In this document: positions 36,498 through 49,399 of the stretch, piece after piece
How positions within the stretch are numbered: the stretch's first letter is position 1
How the letters are laid out: each line of letters begins with the position of its first letter
Origin: Eledone cirrhosa
Lineage: Eukaryota
Length of the DNA stretch: 64,000 nucleotides
Assembly (NCBI GenBank): GCA_964016885.1
Contig: OZ024744.1
Coordinates: 41,540,001-41,604,000, forward strand
Reading direction: 5' to 3'
Made by a program: the position numbers and the translations under genes
The notes under the pieces: generated by a model
Seen by the model: only the letters and a program-made list of their open reading frames with translations
Databases searched by the model: none
Told to the model about the DNA's origin: nothing

Positions 36498-36749
36498 ATA
36501 ACAGTAAACTTTATCTTCCAATGTTGAACCCAATGCAGTTTCATACACACGCACACACATACATATACATATATATATATATATATGCTCATATACACAT
36601 ACATGTACACATGCACATGCATACACACGCGTGCACATACACATATACATATACTCACACACATACACATACACACACACACACACAATATAACCATCTT
36701 TGACATTATTATGTGTGACTGTGTCCCTTGTTTAAAGATGATAGTGAAA

Positions 36750-38268
36750 TGTAGTGTAGTGTGGTGTGGTGTGATGTGATGTGATATGGTATGGTGTGGC
36801 ATGGTGTAGTGTAGTGTAGTGTGGTGTGGTCTAATGTGGCATGGTGTAGTGTAGTGTGGTGTGGTGTGATGTGATGTGGTATGGTGTGGTGTGGTATAGT
36901 GTGGCATGGTGTGGTGTGGTGTGGTGTGATGTGGTGTGGTATAGTGTGGTGTGGTATAGTGTGGCATGGTGTAGTGTAGTGTAGTGTGGTGTGGTGTGAT
37001 GTGATGTGATGTGGTATAGTGTGGTGTGGTATAGTGAGGCATGGTGTAGTGTAGTGTGGTGTGGTATAGTGTGGCATGGTGTAGTGTAGTGTAGTGTGGT
37101 GTGGTGTGATGTGATGTGATGTGGTATAGTGTGGTGTGGTATAGTGTGGCATGGTGTAGTGTAGTGTGGTATAGTGTGGCATGGTGTAGTGTAGTGTGAT
37201 GTGATGTGATGTGGTATGGTGTGGTGTAGTATAGTGTAGGCATGGTGTAGTGTGGTGTGATGTGGTGTGGTATAGTGTGGCATGGTGTAGTGTAGTGTGG
37301 TGTGGTGTGATGTGGTGTAGTATAGTGTGGTGTGGTATAGTGTGGTATGGTGTAGTGTGGTGTGTTGTGGTGTGGTATAGTGTGGCATGGTGTAGTGTAG
37401 TGTGGTGTGGTGTGATGTGGTGTAGTATAGTGTGGTGTGGTATAGTGTGGTATGGTGTAGTGTGGTGTGATGTGGTGTGGTATAGTGTGGCATGGTGTAG
37501 TGTAGTGTGGTGTGGTGTGATGTGGTGTAGTATAGTGTGGTGTGGTATAGTGTGGTATGGTGTAGTGTGGTGTGATGTGGTGTGGTATAGTGTGGCATGG
37601 TGTAGTGTGGTGTGATGTGGTGTGGTATAGTGTGGTGTGGTATAGTGTGGCATGGTGTAGTGTAGTGTGGTGTGGTGTGGTGCGATGTGATGTGGTGTGG
37701 TATAGTGTGGTGTGGTATAGTGTGGCATGGTGTGGTGTGGTGTGATGTGGTGTAGTATAGTGTGGTGTGGTGTAGTGTGGCATGGTGTGGTGTGATGTGG
37801 TGTAGTATAGTGTGGTGTGGTATAGTGTGGCATGGTGTACTGTAGTGTGTTATGGCGTGGTGTGGTGTGATGTGGTGTGGTATAGTGTGGTGTGGTGTGA
37901 TGTGATGTGGTGTGGTATAGTGTGGCATGGTGTAGTGTAGTGTGATGTGATGTGATGTGGTATGGTGTGGTGTAGTATAGTGTAGGCATGGTGTAGTGTG
38001 GTGTGATGTGGTGTGGTATAGTGTGGCATGGTGTAGTGTAGTGTAGTGTGATGTGATGTGCTGTGGTGTGATGTGGTGGGGTGTGGCATAGTGTAGTGTA
38101 GTGTGGTGTTGTATGAGGTGATGTGGTATGGTGTGATGTAGTGTGGTATAGTACAGTGCAGTGCCAGGTGATGTGATGTATGATGTGGTGTGATGTGATG
38201 TAGTGTTGAATGGTGTAGTGTGATATATTATAGTACGGTGCAGTGCCATGTGATGTGATGTGGTGTAA
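36750..38268. repeat. Compound pentamer satellite (TGTGG/TGTAG/TGTGA/TATAG/CATGG) with higher-order repeats
   Basis: 5-bp register held over about 1.5 kb; a 90-bp higher-order unit repeats at about 37250-37615. Confidence 0.95.
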
Positions 38269-38313
38269 AGGCAGATTTATCACTTTCTGAACACCATTAT
38301 ATAATAAGTATAT

Positions 38314-38506
38314 AGGGCGGTGGAATGGCAGTATCGGTAAAGGGTCGGACGCCATGCTTTGACGCATAGAGTTACTGTCCTTTCCAATCTGAGTTCAAAT
38401 CCCGCCGAGGTTAACTTTGCCTTTCATCCTTACGGGGTCGATAAAATAAAGTACCAGTAATGCACTGGGTAATTGCTGGCCTCGTGCCAAAAGTAGAAAC
38501 AATTAT
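38314..38506 (+). mobile_element. Meta-type SINE with target-site duplication
   Basis: attatataataagtatat occurs on both sides. Confidence 0.88.
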
Positions 38507-39048
38507 ATAATAAGTATATTGGTGTTTTATCTGTTGAATACCTACAAATAAATAATTACATATGGATAATCTAAAAGCTAATTAAAATGTCGTGGAGAAA
38601 GATTCCACAGATTCTATGCAATGTAATCAAGATAGGAATCTACATATGCTTGAAATCATGACAGATATATAGAGATAGTAAAGTGGTATATATGTTAACA
38701 TTGTCATTGAAATCATATACCAATACAAAGATGGTGATGGCAGCAGTGGTGATGGTGAAGGTGGTAGTGAAGGTGGCGGGGATTGTGGTGGTGGTGGTGG
38801 TGGTGGTGGTGGTGGTGGTGGTGATGGCAGCAGTGGTGGCGGTGGCGGTGAAGGTGGTTGTGTGACAGTGGCGGCGATGGTGGTGGTGGTGGTAACAGTA
38901 GTGATGCTGCTGTTGTGGTGGTGGTCCTGGTTGTAGTGATGGTCCTGATAGCGGAGGTGGTGGTGGTTAGGAGGAGGTGATGGTACTGGTAGTGTTGATA
39001 ATGATTATGGCGGTGATGTTATAGGTGATGGTGGTGGCTGTGATAGTT

Positions 39049-39079
<31 letters not shown>

Positions 39080-39417
39080 GGTGAGGGGCTATAATTCATT
39101 GTCATCTTTATAGACAACAGAGCAGCTTCTATGTAGTCACCTGGAGCACTAGAAATAGCAACAATCTTCAGGTTTCTCATTCTACTCTCTTTTAAGAAAA
39201 AGATGACTGAATGTACTAGATAAAAAGTCTTGGATAGATGGGATGGTCATAGCTAGAATGCTTGTAGAAAAATAATATTCAGCATAGAGAAATGGTCAAA
39301 GAAGCACTCAGTGGTCCAACACTAATTACATGCATAGGAAATCTGAATGCAAAAGATGAGACTTAATCTGTCATCCAGCTTTACTCCATCACCTATACAT
39401 AGTATATAACATTATTT

Positions 39418-39948
39418 TGGATTGGCAGTATCAGTAGAGGGTCGGACGCCATGCTTTCCAGCATAGTTACGTCCCTTTACGATCTGAGTTCAAATCCCGC
39501 CGAGGTTGACTTTGCCTTTCATCCTTACGGGGTCGATAAAATAAAGTACCAGTAACGCACTTGGATAATTGCTGGCCTTGTGCCTAAAGTAGAAACAATT
39601 ATTTATTATATATATTCTGAGTTCAAATCCCGCCGAGGTTAACTTTGCCTTTCATCCTTACGGGGTCGATAAAATAAAGTACCAGTAATGCACTGGGTAA
39701 TTGCTGGCCTTGTGCCAAAAGTAGAAACAATTATTTATTATATATAGGGCGGTGGATTGGCAGTATCAGTAGAGGGTCGGACGCCATGCTTTCCAGCATA
39801 GTTACGTCCCTTTGCAGTCTAAGTTCAAATCCCGCCAAGGTTAACTTTGCCTTTCATCCTTACGGGGTCGATAAAATAAAGTACCAGTAATGCACTGGGA
39901 TAATTGCTGGCCTTGTGCCAAAAGTAGAAACAATTATTTATTATATAT
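39418..39948 (+). mobile_element. Three tandem Meta-type SINE units
   Basis: Units at about 39418, 39615 (5'-truncated) and 39746, each ending aacaattatttattatatata. Confidence 0.88.
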
Positions 39949-40859
39949 AAATTAATGATTTATTTATGTTATTTACAATTTGCATGGGGGTAGGTCTCTC
40001 TGGAAATGGGGTTGGGGGGCCATTAAAGGTGTTACATGGCCTTACATGACTGTAAGGAGGCGGTGGCCCAAAAGTTTGAGAATCTTTGCTCTAGCCCATT
40101 GCTCCTGGACTGGTACTATATTCATTGGATGAAAGGCAAAGATGAATTTGTTAGTATATGAACAGTATTTGAATGCAGAGAGCCAGAAGTGATACAAATA
40201 AAATTTTAAGGTCTCTGCTAATTTACTGACTATCATTTAGCAAGCATTACAATTACTCAAGAGTGATTAAAACATGTGTAAAATGGAATGGATCCTTACT
40301 ATTAAAACGCCCAGGAGACCTTCAATGAGGTACAACTTCATAAGAGAGTAAGGCACTAAATCTATGACAAGCATGAGTTCTAACAACAACAAAATGCACT
40401 AGATTAATATATTTCATTTTTTAAATAAAAGATAGAATATAAATCTACAAGAAGGCTTTTAGAAAGATTTACACAAGAATATTATGAATTCTATCCCTTA
40501 TTGATTAAATTTAAGGAGATGTATATTCTACTTTTGACTCTAACAAAATATACCGACATGTTGTTACAAAACTCATCCCACTGTAAAAAAGACAGTTTAA
40601 AACATAAAAAAAACAGCTGTGATATTTACATAACCAACAAGATTAAAGCCACATTTCCAAAAATCAATACATCTAAAGGCAATAAAATATTGATTTCTTC
40701 TTAGGCATGAGATCAATTATTGAAGGAGAGGAGTGTAATTGATTGCACTGGTATGATAACTGGTACTGATATATTGGTGATGTTTATTTTATTAACTTAG
40801 TTGAGTGAAGAAAATGAAAGGCAACAAACGCAGAACTAAATATAGAAAAGTGAAACTAA

Positions 40860-41210
40860 AAATAGATAGATTTCTTTATTAGCCACAAGGACACACAAGA
40901 AAAGGGGACAATACATGCTAGAGATTTTACATACATTCATGTAAAAATATTGAAACAAACAAATTAAACAAGCAAAATCCCCAATAGGGAGGAGGCGCCA
41001 CAAATGGGTTGTTTAATACCCCATCGATAGAACAACCCTCAACTTCAGGAGCGTGTTGTGCAAGTGCTCCCTTCTTCCTTTTGCTCTCTTCTTCAACCTA
41101 CAGGTTTGTATACAGAGAAGACCCAATCACTCGGGCCATTTTTGCCACATTCACCCACCTTTCAGTAAATTTACTGGGGTGCAGTGCCTCTCTCTCCACT
41201 CTGATTATCC
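40860..41210 (-). mobile_element. L1/Tx1-like LINE 3' end
   Basis: Minus-strand peptide IRVEREALHPSKFTERWVNV..L*, then UTR, aataaa and (CTAT)n. Confidence 0.55.
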
Positions 41211-44200
41211 TTCTAAAGTGGTACCTAAAGAAGGGAATGATAGATGATTAATTAGCTTGTTATCTGTAAGGTCCAAGATCTTATTGGTAATAATCATTTC
41301 TAACATAGGCTCTGAGAGGAACAGTCAATTATATCAGTCCCCAGCAGGTGACTAGTACTTTATTGTATTAACTCTCAAAGAATGAAAGTCTAAGTTAGTC
41401 TTAGCAGGATTTAAATGTGCAATGTAAAGAGCCCTAATTGAATGCTGCAAAGTATTTTGTGTGATGCTACAATAATTCCACCAATTCCTGACCCTCATTG
41501 TGATAGAAAAAAAAATACTTTGGTTTTACCTTCATTTGTACAGATATACTAACAGGTGTAACATCCCATTATAACATTAATCAACCATAATCTCACTGTA
41601 AACACCCTTCAAAAAAGGGAGAGCAATTGAAACTATTTCAAAGCCAAACATCCTACATAAAACCTTTTGATATCATACTGTTTTAATCTACCCTTAGTAC
41701 TATGGTTCAAAACTGTTTGTTTTAAAGTTTTTATATTTATCTAAAAACCTTCAACCATCATTTTATATAAGAACCTTTGTTAAATTATATTCCAAACACC
41801 AACTTAATAATGAGAAAGTTACCTGTATTAGTAAACTACCTCTGGTTCTACAGTTCAAAACTGTTTGTTTTAAAATGTTTATATTTATCTAAAAAGATTT
41901 TAAAATCTATCATTACAGGGAAATGTTATCAAAATGAAAAAAGGGAAAATAAGATTAGTGACAGAAATATAAACATTATGATATATGAACGCTAACGGAA
42001 TTGACATTTGAAAGTTTTAACAGAAGAGAATCTTGAAATAAGCAATACATTATATATAAGATTATTTATATTCAATCAAGAGCTAAGAAATTTAGTAGGT
42101 AAATTACATAGTATTCATTCATGATTTATTCAAATAATCCAACTTATTTTAATAACATGTTGTAAAAAAATAAATCTGACACAGTCTCACAGTTCTCCAA
42201 TCATTGTATATTAGATGGTAAGGAAAAGGTTATTCTTGTTATAGAGAATATCTAGCATCATTCAACTGCAATTGCACATGCCCACAACCTTCTTCTGCTG
42301 TCCATTGTAGCTTTCATAATTAGATGTCACCCTGTTGTCAGGGGATTAGCCCTGGCAATCAGTAGGATTTGAATCCCAAGGTAGAATTTTAATTCAGAGC
42401 AAAAACTGCCAGAATAAATATCACAAAGCATCTTGTCCAATACTCTAACAATTCTGCCAATCTATCACCATGGACTCGTACTTTATTTTATGGATAGATG
42501 AAAGATAAGTTTTGGATTTAGAGTGCACACAGCCAGAACAAATTCCACAATGTATATGTATTCCAGCCAATTCTCTAACAAATTTGCCAATTTTCCAGAG
42601 ATGAATTTTTAAAGGAACTATCCATGTTTGACAATAACATTCAAAACATTTTATGAATGCTTTAACCTCCCCATGCCTTTTGTAACTCTAATTAATAATT
42701 ATCATGTAACTGATTATTTTCACGTCATCTGTATATTTAGAATAATTAGAAATAATTCAGTGCTTAAGGGTGGAATTATGGTTAAGACAACCAAACATCA
42801 TACACAGCTGTTGCTGTTGGTGTCGTTGTTGTTTAGCTCAAAATCTACACTGATTGATCAGACCAATTATGAAAGACATTATAGCTATGATTATTCTGTC
42901 TTTTATTCTGACATGGAATACCTAGGGCTACATTAATGTGTTTCCCTTGTTTAAGACTCTAAAGGAAATAATTTGACTGCTATTTCTAGTAAGTTCAGTG
43001 ACCATGTAAAGTTTCCCTCTTCTTGGCTTAGTGTCCTTCGTTGTTATCAGAGTCGGCATCTTTCATTTAATTCAATGCTTTGGGCACTTTAAACAGAAAA
43101 TAAGTGGGTGGGGAGGATGCTGACAAATATTGCACTATAAATATAAAATCAATTTTTAAAGTATGATATGCACCCAACTTTTGAAAAGTTAATATTACAC
43201 GCTACAAAATAACATTGGTCAAATGAAAGAAAGATGAAGCTTGTTGTTCAAAGTAGAAGTTATAATTTGGAAGTAACTGTGAAGCAAAGAATATTTGTTA
43301 ATATATCAAATTGGATTGGCAGAATTGATAGTGTGTGGGATAAAATGCCATTGTGGTATTTGTTATGGATCTTTTTGCTTTTCATTCTTTCAGTGATGAT
43401 AAATGTATGGTACAAGTCAAGAACTGGAGTTGATTTAATCAACTTTACCTGGCCCCCAAATATGCTGGTCTTCTGTCTAAATTCAAAATCAATATTAGAT
43501 TAACCCTATTTTGTATCTCACTTACAAAACATTCTCATGTTTTACCAAATGCATTTTATCATGACATTAGCCCTAGTAATGCTGTCAGGTCTTTCACAAA
43601 GCCAGAGTCCTCTTGATCCTTTGTTTGGCAAGGTTTCTATGGTTAGATACTCTTCTTATCCCCAACTACTTTGCAGAGTGTACTGGGTACGTTTATCCCA
43701 AACTCTAAAGAGGTTGTCATGCCTTTGACACAGCCGGAGGTTCCCTTTGATCCTAAACCTTTTTGGCATAGTTTCTACAATGGATTGCTCTTCCTAACGG
43801 CAACCACCTTACTCATTGCACTGGGTGCATTTTTTGTAACACCAGTGCTACGAGGATTTATGAGGGGAGGAAGGATGGCTGTAAGAAGAGTGATAAGTAT
43901 GTCATGGGTGTAAGACAAGTTTGGTGGAGTGGTGGAATTTAGCAGGGTGATGGGTAAGATTAATTTTAAATGGACAGGTTTAAATCAATCTTATTGACCC
44001 TCGTACTTTTTTCTTTTCAAGTCTGGTACATATTTTGTCAATCGTGTTTTGTTGAACGACTAAGACATAGGACATACACAAACACTTGATGTCAATGCAC
44101 ACACAGACACATATATACATATACAATGGTCTTCCACACAGTATCCATCTACTAAACTCTCACTCACATGGCATTGATAAACTTTAGGCAATAGTAGAAG

Positions 44201-44465
44201 ACTCCTGTCCAATGAACCACAGAGTGGTACTGGATTTTTGACACCATGCAGTTGTCCTTAACCAACTCACTATACCTGAAACTACAGCAGAGGAGACTTG
44301 CCTAAGCTGCCTCGCTGTTGTGATGCTTGTTTTATATTAAGCATAGAATAAATTTAATAATCTATGATTACAACATTCCGTTGCATCTTTGAAATATATT
44401 AAGTGTATAGATTGTAGTTTAGTTTATAGTTGCTTGCTAATATTCATAATACAGGCATGTAAAAT

Positions 44466-44933
44466 AATTGTTTCTACTTTTGGCACAAGGCCAGCAAATA
44501 TCCCAGTGTATTACTGGTACTTTATTTTATTGACCCCTTAAGGATGAAAGGCAAAGTTAACCTCGGCGGGATTTGAACTCAGACCATAAAGGGCCGTAAC
44601 TCTTTGCTGCAAAGCATGGCATCCGACCCTCTACCGATAGCGCCAATCCACCAAAATAATATTCCTATGACAGTTACTAAAACTAACAACATTAGTTAAA
44701 GGTTTCAAATAAACCAATAGAATAATGATTTCTATTATAGGCAGAAGGCCAGCAATTTGGAGAGAGCTGTAAGTCGATTAAATCGACCCCCTGTGCCTTA
44801 CTGGTACTTTATTTTATTGACCCTGTAAGGATGAAAGGCAAAGTTAACTTTGGCAGGATTTGAACACAGAAAGTAAAGGGTCATAACTCTATCCTGCAAA
44901 GTATGGTGTCTGACGCTCTACCGATACTGCCAA
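44466..44933 (-). mobile_element. Two Meta-type SINEs (44466-44653 and 44728-44933)
   Basis: Reverse-complement Meta core and B box. Confidence 0.8.
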
Positions 44934-45029
44934 AATGTGAACCTTACAATCAGGAGACAAATACCCTAACCACTAAGCCATTTGCCTCCACACTAAGTTT
45001 TCCCATCTTTTCCAGTAAGCTAACATGGT

Positions 45030-45190
45030 ATTCACCTCTTGATCAGTCAGCTGGCATGATACTGATATCTTGACCAGAAGAAAATCATGATCGCCATCTC
45101 TTGACCAATATAAACTGGCATAATACTGACCTAACCAGTAGATTGTCATGATCATCACCTCTTGACCAATATATGCTGGCATGAAACTAA
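45030..45190. repeat. Three diverged copies of a ~60-bp unit
   Basis: cacctcttgacca..t...ctggcat.atact recurs three times. Confidence 0.7.
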
Positions 45191-45484
45191 TTTCTTTATT
45201 TTACAACTTTTATGTAATCAATATTTTTGATTCCATTTAATTCTTCCATTGATGTATGTCCACAAAGGATCACAAAGCTAGTTATTGTTGTTTAGCACTT
45301 TGGGAAAAGCACAGATCCATAATCTACATTTTACCATTGTCAGGCAACTACATAATCACTCTACCTGCTAGAAGTAAAAACCAGATCACTCAAATTACAC
45401 CCTACTGTCTTATATTTGTATATATGTGTGTGTATGTGAGTGCATGTATATATATATATAAACATATATACACAAATATATATA

Positions 45485-45855
45485 TCATCATCATCATCAT
45501 CGTTTAATGTCTATCTTCCACGCTAGCATGGATTTAGATGGGAATTGTCCCACTTGAGGCAAGATTGGTTGTCTCGCTCGTATAGGACTGTCTGGTAGGT
45601 TTTCTACAACCCTTCCTAACACCAACCACGTTTACAGTGTGGTCTGGGAGGTTTTTACCATGTTACCTACACGGCCACATTACAGCATGGACTGTGTGTT
45701 GTTTTTGTTGTGACACCTACACGACCTCATTTATTTAGGACTGGATGTTGTGGTACCAACATAACTGTACAGAGAAAGGGGTGGTGTTGATGGGGTTGGG
45801 GGCATGGGTAGCGGGATGGGGGTGTATTTTTGGTTAAGAGGTGCCTACTGACTGT
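45485..45855 (-). mobile_element. RTE family A 3' UTR fragment
   Basis: Matches 1255-1635. Confidence 0.85.
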
Positions 45856-46560
45856 CATCAGCAACTAAACAGGAATAAAACTAATGGAACAATTTACGAA
45901 ATTGGGGGAAAGGATTATAGCACAGCTAATTAGGAAAAGAATCAAATTAGACAAGATGCAGTTTGGTTTCATGCTTGGGAAAAGTACTACAGATGCCCTC
46001 TTTTTAGTGAGGCAACTACAAGAGTAGTTGCTAGGCAAGAATAAGACGTTATATTTAGCTTTTGTTGATCTAGGAAAAGGTCTCTTATGGAGTATTTTGA
46101 TCTATTATTTAGTGCTCCTTAAAGAAATTAAGTGTAGAATAATGGCTTGTGAGAGCAGTGCAAGCTATTTAGAGAGGAGTTGTCAGTGAAGTGAGAGTAG
46201 GAGGTGAGTTTAGTGAGAAATTCAAGGTACAGGTAGCAGTTCACCAGGGTTTGGTTCTTAGCCCACAGCTAGTTCTTCAGGCCATAACAAAGGATTTTTA
46301 GATGCACAGGAGTAATCGATGAGAAGAGTGTCAGTTATATAACACATGCAGGATCTATAGAAATGGTTGATGTTTTCTGCTATCTAGGTGACCTAATTCA
46401 AAGTGGAGGTACTCTGAAAACATAATAGCTAGAATAAGGATAGAATGAAATAAGTTTAGAGAGCTACTCCCCATGTTTTCTCCCTAGGTACAAAAGGACG
46501 GCTGTATGATGCTTGTGTGTGAAGTGTGATGATGCATGTTAGTGAAACATGGTCAGTATC
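45856..46560 (+). mobile_element. Degenerate RTE RT fragment, joined in inverted orientation to the preceding 3' UTR
   Basis: Peptides GIKLM, MQFGFM..KSTTDALFLVRQLQ and GRLYDACV..VMMHVSETW, with stops. Confidence 0.8.
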
Positions 46561-46634
46561 CTCTCTGAGCATCTTTGGAAAGATCTTTATTCATGCCCCT
46601 TTGCATCACCTACATAATGATGGATCAAACGCTT

Positions 46635-46705
46635 AGGACCACGTATAAATAACTGATCTGAGAGAAGCGAGACTGGTGGCTGGTGTAAACAAACGAGACA
46701 ACAGC

Positions 46706-46744
<39 letters not shown>

Positions 46745-47065
46745 GGCATTCGAATGATTGTTATTGTGTGTTTAGCGTCCCCACCATCCACCGACCAACA
46801 AGCGGCCAGACAGACTACTACACTGCCAGTAACAAAGACTGAATATAGGTAGTATAATGAATTGACAGCTAGCACCATCCCACTCCCACAATAAAGAGGA
46901 GCTGCCTCGACCTTTGCTTGACCGCACCTATTCTGCGTGCGCTTGTGCTCTACAGAATATCTCAGTTACACACAAATGGCGGACAACAGAGGCCACGTAC
47001 CGTTGCTCTCCGACAGATAACTTTCCCCCTCGGAAAATCTCCCAGTTGATGGATACAAAATCCGA
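46635..47065 (+). mobile_element. Possible LTR retrotransposon fragment (LTR 3' part plus primer-binding site)
   Basis: TATA-like gtataaata, aataaa near 46889, LTR-like end ...gttaca(ca) followed by TGGCG; CpG-richer than flanks. Confidence 0.45.
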
Positions 47066-47067
47066 AA

Positions 47068-47400
47068 TCATCATCATCATCATCACCGTTTTACGTCCGT
47101 TCTTCCACGCTAGCATGGGTTAGACGGGTTGTCCTGTTGTGGGCAATGCTAGGTCAGGTGACCATGTCTTGCTTATACAGGAACTGATTCTGACTTGATT
47201 TCTACAGCTGGATGTTCTTCCTAACACCAACCTCATTTACAGTGAGTGCTGGGTGCTTTTTTTCCGTGGCGCCTATACATCCACTTTACAGTGTGGGCTG
47301 GGTGCTTTTTTGCTGTGGCACCTCCACGACCACTTTGCAGTGGGAGGGTGTGGGAGCATATTGTCTATATGCTTCAGCTTTGGCTTGTACCCGTGGGAGG
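47068..47400 (-). mobile_element. RTE family C 3' UTR fragment
   Basis: Reverse complement of 63355-63675. Confidence 0.8.
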
Positions 47401-48444
47401 GAAATATAGGGACAGTTAAATCTCTTCCAAGGTAACTCTATCTCGTGTTATTATTTTCATTTTTTACGCTCTTTCCTACGTTCCTCTACACACTATACAT
47501 CACATTCTACATTCCCTTACATCTCTCTCTTCACCACCGGATTCTGTTACCCGGAGATTTACCCATCTGCCTTGTTGAGGCTTCCAAAATGACCAAATTT
47601 TTTAAATATATATATATATGTGCTGGGAATTGAACTTACAACCTTGTGATCATCAGCCAAACACCTTATATCATCATCATTACCATTTTACATCCATTTT
47701 ATGATGCTCACATATGTTGAACCATATGTTACAGACCAAATCAGCATTTAATAAGACCTACTGTCACTTTAGATGTTGTCACACTCTATACATTCCATTT
47801 TTGGCATGGTGTCTACAGCTGGATGCCCTTCTCAATGCCAACTACTTATAGTGAACATTGGATGCATTTTAACATGGTAGCAGCACTAGAGTGGTTGTCA
47901 TGTACTGCTCTATATGTGAGTCATTATGTTGATATCTTTTAAACAACCAGTATTGATTGTGTCCTGCAATTTAGCTGCTTCATAGGTAAAGATAAGTGGT
48001 ATAAGTACCATAGTTAAATATAAGCAAGGGTTGGTGTCAGGGACGAGAACCCAGCCATAGTATATTGCTTCAGAAATGTCTCATTCAACACATACTAATA
48101 TGGAATACCAGAAGTAAAAGTGATGAAGATGATGATGTGTATATCTATATAAACATGTATGCACACTCACATACCCACACATACAGAGCCACAGTAAAAT
48201 CCTCGCAGTAGTACACTCTGTAAAGTAGTTGGTGTTAGGAGCTGTATCTAGCTGCAGAACCCATGCCACCATAGAAAACAGATGTAAAATGATGTTAATA
48301 ATTATGATATATATTTGATTACACCCCCACCCCCGGCCAGTTCTGAGTGGTCATTCTGTAAATGTTTTAATGTTTTAAATACTATGGAATTTTAAACATG
48401 CACACACACATGCACACACACATGCACACACACACACACACATG

Positions 48445-48502
<58 letters not shown>

Positions 48503-48631
48503 TTTTCCTCGATTATCTATACCCTAGATACTCTAAGATGTAAATGTTTTTAGATGAATCACCATGTCTGATGAGCAGATCGATACTGGAGTCGGGATCT
48601 ATAACATCCATATGGACCACCTAAAAGTCAA

Positions 48632-49385
48632 TCTCTATATATAAAACTGAGGTTGTCTGTCAGTCTGTCTGCTAAAACGGTCGGCACACATCTCCTCCTA
48701 AACCGTACGTTCAAATTTCGGTGAAATTGATATAGATGAAGGTCCGGCAGAGACATCGGTAAAAAAAATGTTCAACTCGACCCACGCCAAGTGCAAAAAT
48801 CGAATTTCTAATGTATTGATTTTTCAGTTCAAATGTATAAATAGAGATGAGAGACGAGTTATTTCCCTTATACAATATTTTTACTTGAAAACAAGCCTAT
48901 TTGAATACACCGTAAAACAAGAAAATATTTTGTAAAAAAAAAAGCATTGATCTATATATATAATCTCGAATAAAGCCTTATGAGATTTTCATTTAGAAGC
49001 AATGATTTTAAACGACAGACAGATAATGAATTTTTGTTTTTTTTTTGTTTTCATGTCCATCCAATTTCTTTGTTTCAAAATAACCGATAGTTTGGTTACG
49101 CTGATGTTTTTCTCTGTTGCAGTGTTTACATTTTCGATTTTTGTTAATAGAATATTACCAGTGCAGTTTTTATCCCCAGCATCCTCTTTTGTTTTAACAT
49201 TCGGGTTATGGTTATGTTTTCTTAACTTCATAAGGCATACTGTTGCTTGAGGGTATATTAATCAAAAGTACCACATGAAAGTCTACACTGTAGACTCTAC
49301 AGTTTTTAAGGCAAGAAAGGAACTTAACATTGTAATTTAACACAGCTACTGAGCAGCCCCAAGCAACGCCGGGATTTACTGCTAG
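48632..49385 (+). mobile_element. Non-autonomous Helitron
   Basis: A|TC 5' end (tctctatatataaaa..gtctgtc repeats), subterminal GC hairpin ccccaagcaacgccggg, CTAG|T 3' end, no TSD. Confidence 0.8.
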
Positions 49386-49399
49386 TAATCAATAAATTC

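Noticed and set aside
36446-38367. Long His/Thr/Pro/Tyr-rich ORFs (445-552 aa)
   Set aside because: Translations of the pentamer satellite, open in all three minus frames; no splice or codon evidence
39950-43500. Additional PC2 exons in low-repeat stretches (also 3280-4000)
   Set aside because: No convertase-like peptide with flanking splice sites found; a short exon could have been missed
48563-48631. CTGATGA hammerhead core candidate
   Set aside because: No GAAA/stem III/UH downstream, even after removing the Helitron
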